Source: Gammaproteobacteria bacterium
GTDB taxonomy: Bacteria > Pseudomonadota > Gammaproteobacteria > Eutrophobiales > Eutrophobiaceae
NCBI GenBank assembly: GCA_963422205.2
Contig: CAXMWX010000009.1
Span: 96,001 to 160,000 of the forward strand
Length of the DNA stretch: 64,000 nucleotides
Direction of reading: 5' to 3'
Part shown: positions 12,373 through 22,235 of the stretch, piece after piece
How the letters are laid out: every line of letters begins with the position of its first letter
Position numbering within the stretch: position 1 is the stretch's first letter
Program-made: the position numbers and the translations under genes
Notes under the pieces: model-generated
Database searches by the model: none
What the model saw: the letters and a program-made list of their open reading frames with translations, nothing else
What the model was told of the DNA's origin: nothing

Positions 12373-12508
12373 ATTTTAGAGAAAATTCGGGCAAAAAAGC
12401 GTTATTTGCCGCTTGCATAAGGGGGCTTGTTTGGGCATATTATCGCAGCGGTAACCGATAAAGATTTAAGATCAATCAAGCACGGCTTAGGGTATTTTCA
12501 CGTTTGTC

Positions 12509-12976
12509 ATGGTCAGTGAGTGTCAGGCAGCACAACAACAGAAAATGTTTGTCATTGAGCCAAACCAGCCCATGGCCTGGAACGGGTTGCTGCTCGCTTA
12601 TGGGTGTATTGCGGCAGTGACGCTGGCGGTTGGCATGTATTTCTGGTTACAGGGCCTGCTGCTGGTGCTGCCTTTTGCGGGCCTCGAATTGCTGTTGCTG
12701 GGGGCGGCCTTGTATGTAACAGCACGGCGCGGTGGCATTAAAGAGGTTATTACCATCAGCCCCGATGCGGTGTTGCTTGAGTCAGGTCGGCATCGCCCGA
12801 ACCGCTCCTACAATTTTCAGCGCCAGTGGGCAAAAGTTGTGTTGATACGGCCCGATGCTGACTGGCATCCGAGCCGGCTGCTGATACGCTCACACGGCAA
12901 AGAGGTCGAAGTCGGGCGGTTTTTGAATGAGCATGAGCGCTGCTGCCTGGCCAAAGAGTTAAAGCTGGCGATCTAG
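12509..12976 (+). CDS. DUF2244-like membrane protein
   Basis: Two TM segments, PFAGLE and SHGKEVEVGRFLNEHER motifs; commonly found upstream of cox genes. Confidence 0.8.
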   Translation: MVSECQAAQQQKMFVIEPNQPMAWNGLLLAYGCIAAVTLAVGMYFWLQGLLLVLPFAGLELLLLGAALYVTARRGGIKEVITISPDAVLLESGRHRPNRSYNFQRQWAKVVLIRPDADWHPSRLLIRSHGKEVEVGRFLNEHERCCLAKELKLAI

Positions 12977-13026
12977 TGGCCGCTGATCATACCTGTTGAT
13001 TTAATAGATAACGCTGAGGACAAGGC

Positions 13027-14169
13027 ATGTTGGGTAAAACCGTAAAGCGCTGCTGCGTAGCTGTTTCATCACCCATTTTATTCTTATTCTCTTCGCTCGC
13101 TCACGCCGAGTACGGGCTTAACATGACCAAAGGCGTCACCCCGTTGAGCCGCGAGGTTTATGATCTGCACATGCTGATCTTCTACATTTGCTGCACCATT
13201 GCGGTGGCGGTGTTTGGCATCATGTTCTGGTCTATTTATCATCACCGCAAGTCCAAGGGCGCCAGGCCCGCCCAGTTTCATCACAGCACCCGGCTGGAGA
13301 TCCTCTGGACGGCCATCCCGATCTTCATCCTTGTCATCATGGCGGTGCCTGCAACCAGGACCCTGATCAACATGGAGGCCACGGGCGATGCCGACATGAC
13401 CATCAAGGTCACGGGCTATCAATGGAAATGGGAATATGAGTATATTGATGAGGGATTCAGTTTCTTCAGTGCGCTGGATGCTGAGAGCAACGAGATACGG
13501 CAGTTAAAATCCGGCCTTGATCCGAACGAGATGGAGCATTATCTGCTGGATGTTGACAAGCCGCTGGTCGTGCCGGTCGGCACCAAGATTCGTTTTCTGA
13601 CCACCGCTGCTGATGTTATTCATGCCTGGTGGGTGCCTGATCTGGGCTGGAAACGCGACTCAATTCCCGGCTTTATCAATGAATCCTGGGCCTTGATTGA
13701 AGAGGAGGGTACCTACCGCGGGCAATGCGCTGAACTTTGTGGTCGCGATCATGCCTTTATGCCGATCGTCGTGAAGGCCGTCTCCGAAGATGACTACTTT
13801 GACTGGGTTGGCGAGATGATGGTGGCCGCCGCCGATGCGAATGCCGGGGCTGATCGGGAGTGGGCGATGGCCGAGTTGATGGAGAAAGGCGAACAGGTTT
13901 ATGCCACTTTCTGCCAGGCCTGTCACCAGGCTAACGGCCAGGGTATTCCCGGCGCCTTCGCCACGCTGGTTGGCAGCCCGATCACGGTAGGTCCCATCGA
14001 GGGACACATAGATATCGTGCTGAACGGCAAGGCAGGCACGGCCATGGCAGCATTCGGGTCACAACTCAACGATGTCGAGCTGGCCGCCGTGGTCACCTAT
14101 GAGCGCAATGCCTGGGGCAATGATGTGGGCGATCTGGTACAGCCTGCAACCATTGCCGGCATGAGATAG
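13027..14169 (+). CDS. coxB: Cytochrome c oxidase subunit II with C-terminal cytochrome c domain
   Basis: DVIHAW, CuA motif CAELCGRDHAFM, heme c motif CQACH. Confidence 0.97.
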   Translation: MLGKTVKRCCVAVSSPILFLFSSLAHAEYGLNMTKGVTPLSREVYDLHMLIFYICCTIAVAVFGIMFWSIYHHRKSKGARPAQFHHSTRLEILWTAIPIFILVIMAVPATRTLINMEATGDADMTIKVTGYQWKWEYEYIDEGFSFFSALDAESNEIRQLKSGLDPNEMEHYLLDVDKPLVVPVGTKIRFLTTAADVIHAWWVPDLGWKRDSIPGFINESWALIEEEGTYRGQCAELCGRDHAFMPIVVKAVSEDDYFDWVGEMMVAAADANAGADREWAMAELMEKGEQVYATFCQACHQANGQGIPGAFATLVGSPITVGPIEGHIDIVLNGKAGTAMAAFGSQLNDVELAAVVTYERNAWGNDVGDLVQPATIAGMR

Positions 14170-14211
14170 GCCCCGCATAGACACGGGATAGACAACAGGC
14201 CATTATTACAT

Positions 14212-14241
14212 TTTGAGACGATAAAGTTTGAGACGATAAAG
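14212..14241 (+). repeat. Perfect 15-bp tandem duplication in the coxB-coxA spacer
   Basis: TTTGAGACGATAAAG occurs twice in tandem. Confidence 0.9.
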
Positions 14242-14279
14242 ATCGACTACTTGAAGATCGATTAAAGAGGGCAAAGATT

Positions 14280-15881
14280 ATGAGCGAAACAGCAAGCCAG
14301 GCAGACCACCACGATGATCACGATCACAAGCCGACAGGCATAAGACGCTGGTTATTTTCCACGAACCATAAAGACATTGGCACCATGTATCTGGTGTTCG
14401 CCCTGATCATGTTTTTTATCGGCGGGGCGATGGCGATGGTCATCCGTGCCGAGTTGTTTCAGCCCGGGCTACAGTTTGTCGACCCGCAGTTTTTTAACTC
14501 CATGACCACCATGCACGCCCTGGTCATGATCTTTGGTGCGGTCATGCCCGCTGGTGTCGGCCTGGCGAACTGGATGATTCCGATGATGATCGGTGCGCCG
14601 GACATGGCATTGCCACGGATGAATAATATGAGCTTCTGGATCCTGCCGTTTGCCTTCGCCATGTTGCTGGCAACGCTGTTTATGGAGGGCGGGGCGCCTG
14701 CGGGCGGCTGGACGATGTATCCGCCGCTGGTTTCACAGTTGGGTGATGGGTTTCCGTTCCTGATTTTTACGGTGCATTTTCTTGGCATTTCTTCGATCAT
14801 GGGGGCGATCAACATCATCGCCACGGTGTTTAATATGCGCGCGCCGGGCATGGGCTTCATGCAGTTACCCCTCTTTGTCTGGACCTGGATCATCACCGCC
14901 TTTCTGTTGATCGTCTCCCTGCCCGTTCTGGCCGGTGCGGTCACCATGCTGCTGACGGATAAATACTTTGGCACCAGTTTTTTCGTTGCCGCCGGGGGTG
15001 GCGATCCGGTCATGTTCCAGCACATTTTCTGGTTCTTCGGTCATCCCGAGGTGTACATATTGATCCTGCCAGCGTTTGGCATCGTCTCACAGATCCTCCC
15101 GACCTTTGCCCGCAAGCCCTTGTTTGGCTATGTCTCGATGGTGTACGCAACAGCAGCGATCGCCTTTCTGTCGCTGTTTGTCTGGGCCCACCACATGTTC
15201 ACCGTGGGGATGCCGCTGGCGGGCGAGTTGTTCTTCATGTACGCCACCATGTCGATCGCCGTACCCACGGGCGTGAAAATATTTAACTGGATGGCCACCA
15301 TGTGGCGGGGTTCCATGACCTTTGAAACCCCCATGCTGTTTGCGGTGGCGTTTGTTTTTCTGTTTGCCTTGGGCGGCTTCTCCGGCTTGATGCTGGGCAT
15401 CACGCCGGCCGACTTTCAGTATCATGACACCTATTTTGTTGTCGCCCATTTTCATTACGTGCTGGTGACCGGGGCGGTGTTTGCGCTGATGGCGGCCAGC
15501 TACTTCTGGCTGCCGAAATGGACCGGGCACATGTACGATGAGAAGCTGGGCAAGCTGCATTTCTGGATATCGGTTATCTCTGTGAACGTGTTGTTCTTCC
15601 CGCAGCACTTCCTGGGGCTGGCTGGTATGCCGAGGCGGATCCCGGACTACAACATCCAGTTTGCTGAATGGAACATGATTTCAAGCCTTGGTGGATTTGT
15701 GTTTGGTTTGAGTCAGTTGATCTTTGTCTGGGTGGTGATCAAGTGTGTGCGGGGCGGAGAGAAGGCCACCGATAAGGTGTGGGAGGGGGCCGAGGGCCTG
15801 GAGTGGACCCTGCCCTCGCCGCCGCCATTTCATTCGTTTACCACGCCGCCACAGGTGGGCATGGCCACAGCACGTTCTTAG
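14280..15881 (+). CDS. coxA: Cytochrome c oxidase subunit I (A1 type)
   Basis: NHKDIG, WFFGHPEVY, VWAHHM, VAHFHY, GMPRR. Confidence 0.98.
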   Translation: MSETASQADHHDDHDHKPTGIRRWLFSTNHKDIGTMYLVFALIMFFIGGAMAMVIRAELFQPGLQFVDPQFFNSMTTMHALVMIFGAVMPAGVGLANWMIPMMIGAPDMALPRMNNMSFWILPFAFAMLLATLFMEGGAPAGGWTMYPPLVSQLGDGFPFLIFTVHFLGISSIMGAINIIATVFNMRAPGMGFMQLPLFVWTWIITAFLLIVSLPVLAGAVTMLLTDKYFGTSFFVAAGGGDPVMFQHIFWFFGHPEVYILILPAFGIVSQILPTFARKPLFGYVSMVYATAAIAFLSLFVWAHHMFTVGMPLAGELFFMYATMSIAVPTGVKIFNWMATMWRGSMTFETPMLFAVAFVFLFALGGFSGLMLGITPADFQYHDTYFVVAHFHYVLVTGAVFALMAASYFWLPKWTGHMYDEKLGKLHFWISVISVNVLFFPQHFLGLAGMPRRIPDYNIQFAEWNMISSLGGFVFGLSQLIFVWVVIKCVRGGEKATDKVWEGAEGLEWTLPSPPPFHSFTTPPQVGMATARS

Positions 15882-15893
15882 GGGAGAGGCAAG

Positions 15894-16016
15894 ATAGCAG
15901 AACACGACGATGCACATAGTGTTGCACAGCGCCGGCGCGCAAACATCAGGCTGGCGGTGGTCCTGGGCTGTATTGCCCTGGCGGTTTATTTGGGCTTCAT
16001 CCTGATGCACCTGTAA
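15894..16016 (+). CDS. Putative small single-TM cytochrome oxidase-associated protein (40 aa, ATA start)
   Basis: IAEHDDAHSVAQRRRANIRLAVVLGCIALAVYLGFILMHL*. GGAG lies 7 nt before the ATA; the stop abuts the ctaG ORF. Confidence 0.6.
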   Translation: MAEHDDAHSVAQRRRANIRLAVVLGCIALAVYLGFILMHL

Positions 16017-16622
16017 GTGATGGCACAGACAGTCAATAAAACGGGCAATAAAAAGACCGTCGGGCTGTTGCTGCTGGGCGCGGTTTTTATGTTCGGCTTT
16101 GGCTATGCCCTGGTGCCGCTGTATGAGGCATATTGTGATCTGACCGGCAGAGGCAAGGTTGTTGGTATCAGTGATGCTGAGGCATCAGCGATAAGCGGGG
16201 ATGATGAGCGGCTTGTTACCGTGGTGTTTGATACCAATATCAGAGGCATTCCCTGGGAGTTCAAGCCGCTTGCCAGACAGATGAGGGTCAATCCGGGCAG
16301 GCTGTCCGAGGCCGTGTTTATGGTGCGTAACAAATCGACCAGGCCGGTGACCGGCAGGGCGATCCCCAGCGTTTCGCCGCCACAGGCCGGGATTTATTTT
16401 AACAAAACAGAATGCTTTTGTTTCAATGAGCAGGTGTTGCTGCCCGCAGAAAGCAAAGAAATCATCGTAAAGTTCATTGTTGATACGGCGCTGCCCGCAA
16501 GGTTCTCATCATTAACATTGTCGTATACGTTTTTCAATCTGGCCGAAGGACAGAACAAGGTGGCGCAAACCCCTCTGGAAATTGACGCCGAAGCTGGCGC
16601 TTCCGGGGCATGGCCTATTTAA
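16017..16622 (+). CDS. ctaG: Cytochrome c oxidase assembly protein CtaG/Cox11
   Basis: MFGFGYALVPLY..YC and the FNKTECFCF copper motif. Confidence 0.95.
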   Translation: MMAQTVNKTGNKKTVGLLLLGAVFMFGFGYALVPLYEAYCDLTGRGKVVGISDAEASAISGDDERLVTVVFDTNIRGIPWEFKPLARQMRVNPGRLSEAVFMVRNKSTRPVTGRAIPSVSPPQAGIYFNKTECFCFNEQVLLPAESKEIIVKFIVDTALPARFSSLTLSYTFFNLAEGQNKVAQTPLEIDAEAGASGAWPI

Positions 16623-16637
16623 TAAAGAGGATAGCTT

Positions 16638-17534
16638 ATGTCTAATTTATCATCGGGTGCTTATTATATTCCTGAACCCAGCAGTTGGCCGGTGGTTGGC
16701 TCTGTCGCATTGTGTCTTAGCTTTGTCGGAGCGGCCATCATGCTCAACGGCTCAGGTCTTGGGACCTTCATCCTTGGCGTTGGCATGGCGGCGGTAATTT
16801 ACATGTTCTACAGTTGGTTCCGAGATGTGATTGATGAAAGCCTGGCGGGTCGCTATAACCAGCAGGTGGACATCAGCTTCAGGTGGGGCATGGGCTGGTT
16901 TATCCTCTCTGAAGTGATGTTCTTTGCGGCCTTTTTTGGCGCCCTGTATTACGCTCGGATTTACTCCATTCCGTGGCTGGGCGGCGAGGGCGATGGGGCG
17001 GCAACGAACGAGTTTCTCTGGTCGGGCTTTGAGGCGATTTGGCCGTTGCTGTCGACACCGGACATGGTCATTGATGCGGCACAAACGAAATATACCCAAA
17101 TCAAGGCAGTGATCCCGGCCTGGGGCATACCGGCGCTCAATACCGCCATTCTGTTAAGCAGCGGTGCAACGGTCACCTTCGCCCACTGGGATCTGAAAAA
17201 AGGCAACCGGACGGGGCTGTGCTGGTGGCTGGCGGCAACGGTGGCGCTGGGTTTCATCTTTGTCGGTTTCCAGGCGTATGAGTATGTCCATGCCTATCAG
17301 GACCTGGGCCTGACGCTGAACTCCGGCATCTATGGCTCTACTTTCTTTATACTGACCGGGTTTCATGGCTTTCACGTCACCATGGGGGCGACCATGCTGC
17401 TGGTCATTTTGCTTCGCTCCATGGCCGGGCATTTTACCAAGCATAACCATTTTGCCTTTGAAGGCGTTGCCTGGTACTGGCACTTTGTTGATGTGGTGTG
17501 GCTGGGCCTGTTTATCTTTGTCTACTGGCTGTAA
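16638..17534 (+). CDS. coxC: Cytochrome c oxidase subunit III
   Basis: WFILSEVMFF, TGFHGFHV, WYWHFVDVVW. Confidence 0.97.
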   Translation: MSNLSSGAYYIPEPSSWPVVGSVALCLSFVGAAIMLNGSGLGTFILGVGMAAVIYMFYSWFRDVIDESLAGRYNQQVDISFRWGMGWFILSEVMFFAAFFGALYYARIYSIPWLGGEGDGAATNEFLWSGFEAIWPLLSTPDMVIDAAQTKYTQIKAVIPAWGIPALNTAILLSSGATVTFAHWDLKKGNRTGLCWWLAATVALGFIFVGFQAYEYVHAYQDLGLTLNSGIYGSTFFILTGFHGFHVTMGATMLLVILLRSMAGHFTKHNHFAFEGVAWYWHFVDVVWLGLFIFVYWL

Positions 17535-17574
17535 GCCGATAACCCGTAAGCGGGTAACATCGGCGGATTCATGC

Positions 17575-17601
17575 AAAGGCGCTGCCCCGGCAGCGCCTTT
17601 T
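17575..17601. terminator. Bidirectional intrinsic terminator
   Basis: AAAGGCGCTGCC-CC-GGCAGCGCCTTT(T) between convergent coxC and the small membrane gene. Confidence 0.75.
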
Positions 17602-17609
17602 CCTATCTG

Positions 17610-17831
17610 TCAACCGCTGATTCCGTGTGGCGTTATCCAGCCGGCGGCAAAGCCGATAAACAAAAGCGTAAACAGTGCGATTGAAAGGCTGATGCGAAAC
17701 GTCAGGGATTTCGCTGTTCTGTCAGACTGGCCTTTGTCCTTTATCAAAAAGAACATGCCACAAGCCAGCGACCCTAAGATGAGCAGCAAAATGATGCCGA
17801 TAGCGATTTTAAATAACAAGGCCGCAGACAT
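17610..17831 (-). CDS. Twin-transmembrane-helix small protein (DUF2909/HIG1-like)
   Basis: 73 aa, two TM helices, ..SLTFRISLS..GWITPHG; typical position in the cox cluster. Confidence 0.85.
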   Translation of the reverse strand: MSAALLFKIAIGIILLLILGSLACGMFFLIKDKGQSDRTAKSLTFRISLSIALFTLLFIGFAAGWITPHGISG

Positions 17832-17905
17832 GACAAACCGTATTGGGCTGAAAAGCCACGAGTATAGCGGGCTTTTCGGTAAAAAGAACCTGTTTCCCGG
17901 CGTAA

Positions 17906-18631
17906 ATGGCCATGGCCTGGGTGTTTAAGGCCAGATTAGTCCCCAGTCTGGCAGCCGTTTTATTGACCGGCCTGTTTGTCTGGCTGGGCTTCTGGCAGCT
18001 TGAACGTGCAGATGAGAAATTGCAGTTGATGCAAGACTACGAGCAGCGCCACCAGGCTGAACCACGGGAGTTGACGGCAGCGGGCGATGAGAGGCTGGAC
18101 AAAGATGTCATGCACTGGCGCCGGGTAAACCTGCATGGTCATTATGATGCCGGGCAATCTTATCTGCTGGATAACAGGACGTTGTCCGGTCGTAGCGGAT
18201 ATTATCTTTACACCCGTTTTATCCTGCCGGATCGTGCCGAGGTTCTGGTCAATCGTGGCTGGCTACCGCTTAACCTGGACAGAAATACCCCGCCACAGTT
18301 TTCGACCCCTGAGGGACGGGTAGCGTTGGCTGGGATCATAAAGCCGCCGCCGCAGACGGTGTTGCTGGGGCAACATGTGCCAGAACAGCTAACGCCAACT
18401 ATAATGCGTGTACAGGAAGTGATCCTCGATGATATTGCCCGGGAAAATGGCTGGCGTCTGTTGCCGTATGTGGTGAGGCTTGAACCGCCAGCACCGGACG
18501 GCCTGCAACGGGTATGGCAGCCACCGGGGTTTGGTCGGGAGAAGCACTTGGGCTATGCCTTTCAGTTTTTCGCCCTGGCCTTTGCGCTGCTGTTAATCTA
18601 TGTGTTTTTGACGATCAAAAAATCAGCTTGA
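17906..18631 (+). CDS. SURF1 family protein
   Basis: LGFWQLERADEK, LVNRGW, HLGYAFQFF. Confidence 0.92.
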   Translation: MAMAWVFKARLVPSLAAVLLTGLFVWLGFWQLERADEKLQLMQDYEQRHQAEPRELTAAGDERLDKDVMHWRRVNLHGHYDAGQSYLLDNRTLSGRSGYYLYTRFILPDRAEVLVNRGWLPLNLDRNTPPQFSTPEGRVALAGIIKPPPQTVLLGQHVPEQLTPTIMRVQEVILDDIARENGWRLLPYVVRLEPPAPDGLQRVWQPPGFGREKHLGYAFQFFALAFALLLIYVFLTIKKSA

Positions 18632-18646
18632 ACGGAGGTGTGATCA

Positions 18647-19255
18647 ATGACGCCCGAACAACGCAAACAACTCGGCACATTGCTGCTGCTGCTGCTTATC
18701 TGTGCATCGCCGTTTGCCATTTCTTTTTACCTGCTGAATTTCTCTGATGTCAGCAAGATTGCCGTTTCGCATAATGGCATGTTAATTGACCCGCCAAGGC
18801 CGATCGAAAATCTTCAGTTACATAATCCGGCCGCACCACAATCCAGCGAGTTTTTTTTACACGGCAAGTGGAGCCTGCTGTATCTGCTTGATGGCCCCTG
18901 CGACGCTGCGTGCGAGCAAAACATATACAAGATGCGACAGATCAGGCTGGCCACGAGCAAGTATGCACACCGGGTACAGCGTGTTGTTATCCATACCACC
19001 GATGATAGAAACCTGTTTAGCGAACAGCAAATCAAGGACTACCAGGGCCAGTTGATGCTGTCCAGCCGCCAGCTGGACAAGCCTGAGTATGATGATCTGT
19101 TCAAGGTGGGTGAGCAGGATCGGCCATTTTCTCAACGGCGCCTGTATTTGATTGACCCGCTGGGCAATCTGATGATGGCATTTCAGGCAGATGCCGATCC
19201 CAGAGGGATCATCAGGGATATGCAGCGATTGCTAAAATATTCACGCATAGGTTAG
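18647..19255 (+). CDS. Thioredoxin-fold/SCO-like cytochrome oxidase assembly protein
   Basis: N-terminal TM, GKWSLL..CDAAC, LIDPLGNLMM, LLKYSRIG. Confidence 0.8.
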   Translation: MTPEQRKQLGTLLLLLLICASPFAISFYLLNFSDVSKIAVSHNGMLIDPPRPIENLQLHNPAAPQSSEFFLHGKWSLLYLLDGPCDAACEQNIYKMRQIRLATSKYAHRVQRVVIHTTDDRNLFSEQQIKDYQGQLMLSSRQLDKPEYDDLFKVGEQDRPFSQRRLYLIDPLGNLMMAFQADADPRGIIRDMQRLLKYSRIG

Positions 19256-19257
19256 GC

Positions 19258-20247
19258 ATGGCACGCACGCCCTTGTTTTTTGTGACTTCACTGGCGGTCT
19301 GTGTGACCTATGTGGTGGTTGTGCTGGGGGCTTATGTGCGGCTGACGGATGCGGGGCTGGGCTGCCCTGACTGGCCGGGCTGTTATGGCGAGTTGATCGT
19401 GCCGCCTGCCGGTCAGGCTGAGGAGATCAATGCGGCCTTTCCAGGGCGCCCCTATGATCAGGGCAAGGCCTGGCGAGAGATGACTCATCGTTATGGGGGT
19501 GCGGGTCTCGGCGTGATTGTTCTGGGCATTACCCTGTTGTCGCTGTTTGCCTACAGGCAATACCTGGGCTTGAGTTTTTCCATACTTGCCCTGGTCATCT
19601 TGCAGGGCGCACTGGGCATGTGGACGGTGACGTTATTGCTCAAGCCAGTGATCGTTTCGGCCCACTTAATGGGCGGGATGGCCGTGTTATCGTTATTGTT
19701 TTTGTTGTTGTTGCGGCAGCTGCGGTTTGCCCGGCCGGGCCTGTCCGGGCTACAGCCGGTCAAGCCCTATGCCTTGCTGATGCTGGCCTTGCTGGCCTTG
19801 CAGATATTTCTGGGCGGCTGGACGGGCAGCAATTATGCCGCGTTAATCTGCCCGGATTTCCCGGCCTGTCGTAACGGTGCCTGGCTGCCGCCAATGGATT
19901 TTGCCGCGGGCTTTACCTTCTGGCGGGAACTCGGTATTAATTATGAGGGCGGCGTATTGGATGCGGCAGGCAGGACGGCCATCCATGTCACACACCGGCT
20001 GGGCGCGCTCATCGTCCTGGGTGTGGGGCTGTTGCTGGCGTTCCGACTGTTGCAGACAAGGGTGCCGGGGGCAAGATGTGCGGCCATGATCATGGTGTTG
20101 ATCCTGGTGCTGCAAATTGTGCTGGGCATAAGCAACGTGGTGCTGATGTTGCCGCTGTCGCTGGCCGTGGCGCATAATGCTGTGGGGACCTTGCTGTTGT
20201 TGAGTGTTGTCACTATCACCTACTTGAGTTTTGAGGCACGGGACTAA
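19258..20247 (+). CDS. ctaA: Heme A synthase (COX15/CtaA)
   Basis: GLGCPDWPGCYG, EMTHR, CPDFPAC, HR and HN histidines. Confidence 0.93.
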   Translation: MARTPLFFVTSLAVCVTYVVVVLGAYVRLTDAGLGCPDWPGCYGELIVPPAGQAEEINAAFPGRPYDQGKAWREMTHRYGGAGLGVIVLGITLLSLFAYRQYLGLSFSILALVILQGALGMWTVTLLLKPVIVSAHLMGGMAVLSLLFLLLLRQLRFARPGLSGLQPVKPYALLMLALLALQIFLGGWTGSNYAALICPDFPACRNGAWLPPMDFAAGFTFWRELGINYEGGVLDAAGRTAIHVTHRLGALIVLGVGLLLAFRLLQTRVPGARCAAMIMVLILVLQIVLGISNVVLMLPLSLAVAHNAVGTLLLLSVVTITYLSFEARD

Positions 20248-20253
20248 TGGCAC

Positions 20254-21162
20254 ATGATGACTGACGGCGTTCCGTTTATAACCGCTTGGCGAAGCTATCT
20301 GGTGTTGTGCAAGCCGAAGATCGTTGCCCTGATCGTGTTCACTGCCGTGGTCGGCATGTTGCTGGCGAGCCCGGATCTGGTGCCCTTGCAGGTGTTGCTG
20401 GCGGGCACGGCGGGCATCGGGCTGGCGGCGGCCTCGGCGGCGGCGATCAATCATGTGGTTGATGAGAAGATCGATAATCTCATGTCCCGCACCCGGGGCC
20501 GGCCCTTGCCACAGGGCCGCATCACCGCCAGAGACGCCTTGCTGTTTGCCGTGCTGTTATGTGTTGCCTCGATGGTTGTGCTGGTGTTTCTGGTAAACAC
20601 CTTAACGGCGCTGTTGACGTTTTTTTCTCTGGTTGGCTATGGCGTGGTCTATTCTGTGTATCTCAAGCGTGCTACGCCACAGAACATCGTCATCGGCGGC
20701 GTGGCGGGTGCGGCACCACCGGTCTTAGGCTGGGCGGCCGTGAGCAACACGCTGGACCCGCACGCCCTGCTGTTATTTCTGATCATTTTTGCCTGGACTC
20801 CGCCGCACTTCTGGGCGCTGGCCATCTACCGGCGGCAGGACTATGCAAAGGCCGACATTCCCATGTTGCCGGTTACCCACGGCACAGAATTTACCCAACT
20901 GCATATCCTGCTGTACACGCTCATCCTGTTCATCGTCAGCCTGCTGCCTTACATTACCTTAATGAGCGGCGAGTGCTATCTGCTGGGTGCTGTTGTGCTG
21001 GGGCTGATATTTTTATACTACGCGCTTAAATTGATGAGAACCGGCGATGAGCGCATCGCCATGCAGACGTTTTCCTATTCCGTCTGGTATTTAACGGGCC
21101 TGTTTGCCTTTCTCCTGCTCGATCATTACCTGCCTGCCTTGGTCTCTTTTCTGTTCATTTAA
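20254..21162 (+). CDS. cyoE: Protoheme IX farnesyltransferase (heme O synthase)
   Basis: D..MSRTRGRPLP, KRATPQNIVIGG, WTPPHFWALA. Confidence 0.96.
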   Translation: MMTDGVPFITAWRSYLVLCKPKIVALIVFTAVVGMLLASPDLVPLQVLLAGTAGIGLAAASAAAINHVVDEKIDNLMSRTRGRPLPQGRITARDALLFAVLLCVASMVVLVFLVNTLTALLTFFSLVGYGVVYSVYLKRATPQNIVIGGVAGAAPPVLGWAAVSNTLDPHALLLFLIIFAWTPPHFWALAIYRRQDYAKADIPMLPVTHGTEFTQLHILLYTLILFIVSLLPYITLMSGECYLLGAVVLGLIFLYYALKLMRTGDERIAMQTFSYSVWYLTGLFAFLLLDHYLPALVSFLFI

Positions 21163-21250
21163 GCATTGCCATCAACGCTGGGGCAGGCACAGGCAGCGCA
21201 TGGCGGCCAGCGGCTGTTTGGCCATGGCTCTGATGACTGCGCTGGTCTGT

Positions 21251-22114
21251 TCAGGGCGCCGCCACGCCCTGGTTAAGCCCGGCGCGCAGCTTCTGCATTG
21301 CACTATGCTCTACCTGCCGAATCCGCTCGGCCGAGATTTGATATTCCTCGGCCAGCTCCTTGAGTGTGGCCTTGTTTTCGTTTAACCAGCGTCTCTGGAT
21401 GATCTCTTTGCTGCGTGGATCAAGGCCCTTGAGTGCAGCCAGCAGACTGGCCGAGGTTTGCGAAGCGCTCTGCTCGGTTTCAAGCTGCTGCTCCGGCCCG
21501 CCCCGGGCATCGATCAGGTAGCCGGACGGGCTCAAGCCCTCGGTGCCATCATCCTCGCCAGGCCCGTCAAACGAGGCATCATAGGCGCTCATCCGCTTCT
21601 CCATCTCCAGCACATCTTTGCTGCTGACCCCTAAGTCTTTGGCAACCGCCCGAACCTCATCCTGATTCATCCAGCCCAGCCGCTTTTTGCTGGAGCGCAG
21701 ATTGAAAAATAATTTCCGCTGTGCCTTGGTGGTGGCAACCTTGACAATGCGCCAGTTGCGTAGAATAAACTCGTGCATTTCAGCCCGTATCCAATGCACG
21801 GCAAAGGAGACCAGCCGTACCCCGACGTTTGGATCGAAACGCTTGACCGCCTTCATCAGGCCGATATTGCCTTCCTGAATCAGGTCGGATTGCGATAACC
21901 CGTAGCCGCTGTAACCCCGGGCAACCCTGACCACAAAGCGCAAGTGAGCCATCACTAACTGGCGGGCGGCCTCAAGATCGTTTTGCTCATGCAAGCGCCG
22001 GGCCAACGCCAATTCGTCCGCCGCCGACAGCATGGGAATCTGGCTAACTGTTTGAATGTACGCATCAATCGAGCCAGAGGGCACGGTCATTTGCATCATC
22101 AGACTGTTATTCAT
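21251..22114 (-). CDS. rpoH: RNA polymerase sigma-32 factor
   Basis: [19 protein letters not shown] and RpoH box QRKLFFNLR; downstream of ftsX. ATG at 22114 preferred. Confidence 0.97.
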   Translation of the reverse strand: MNNSLMMQMTVPSGSIDAYIQTVSQIPMLSAADELALARRLHEQNDLEAARQLVMAHLRFVVRVARGYSGYGLSQSDLIQEGNIGLMKAVKRFDPNVGVRLVSFAVHWIRAEMHEFILRNWRIVKVATTKAQRKLFFNLRSSKKRLGWMNQDEVRAVAKDLGVSSKDVLEMEKRMSAYDASFDGPGEDDGTEGLSPSGYLIDARGGPEQQLETEQSASQTSASLLAALKGLDPRSKEIIQRRWLNENKATLKELAEEYQISAERIRQVEHSAMQKLRAGLNQGVAAP

Positions 22115-22152
22115 TGACTGCTCCTGGTTGTGTCTTAAAGCCAAAATGAATT

Positions 22153-22179
22153 TTAGCACTCATTGACAGAGAGTGCTAA
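22153..22179. promoter_or_regulatory. CIRCE element (HrcA operator) upstream of rpoH
   Basis: Perfect TTAGCACTC-N9-GAGTGCTAA. Confidence 0.93.
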
Positions 22180-22181
22180 TC

Positions 22182-22209
22182 ATCGGAGTGAAAATTCCAG
22201 CGAAAGTTC
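22182..22209 (-). promoter_or_regulatory. sigmaE (RpoE/AlgU)-type promoter for rpoH
   Basis: Minus strand GAACTT-N16-TCCGAT directly upstream of the CIRCE. Confidence 0.7.
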
Positions 22210-22235
22210 AGTCGGCCCTTGCAGACTGCCTGAAA

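Noticed and set aside
12466-12479. FNR/Anr-like box TTAAG-N4-ATCAA upstream of the cox cluster
   Set aside because: Only one half-site is canonical, in AT-rich DNA; insufficient support.
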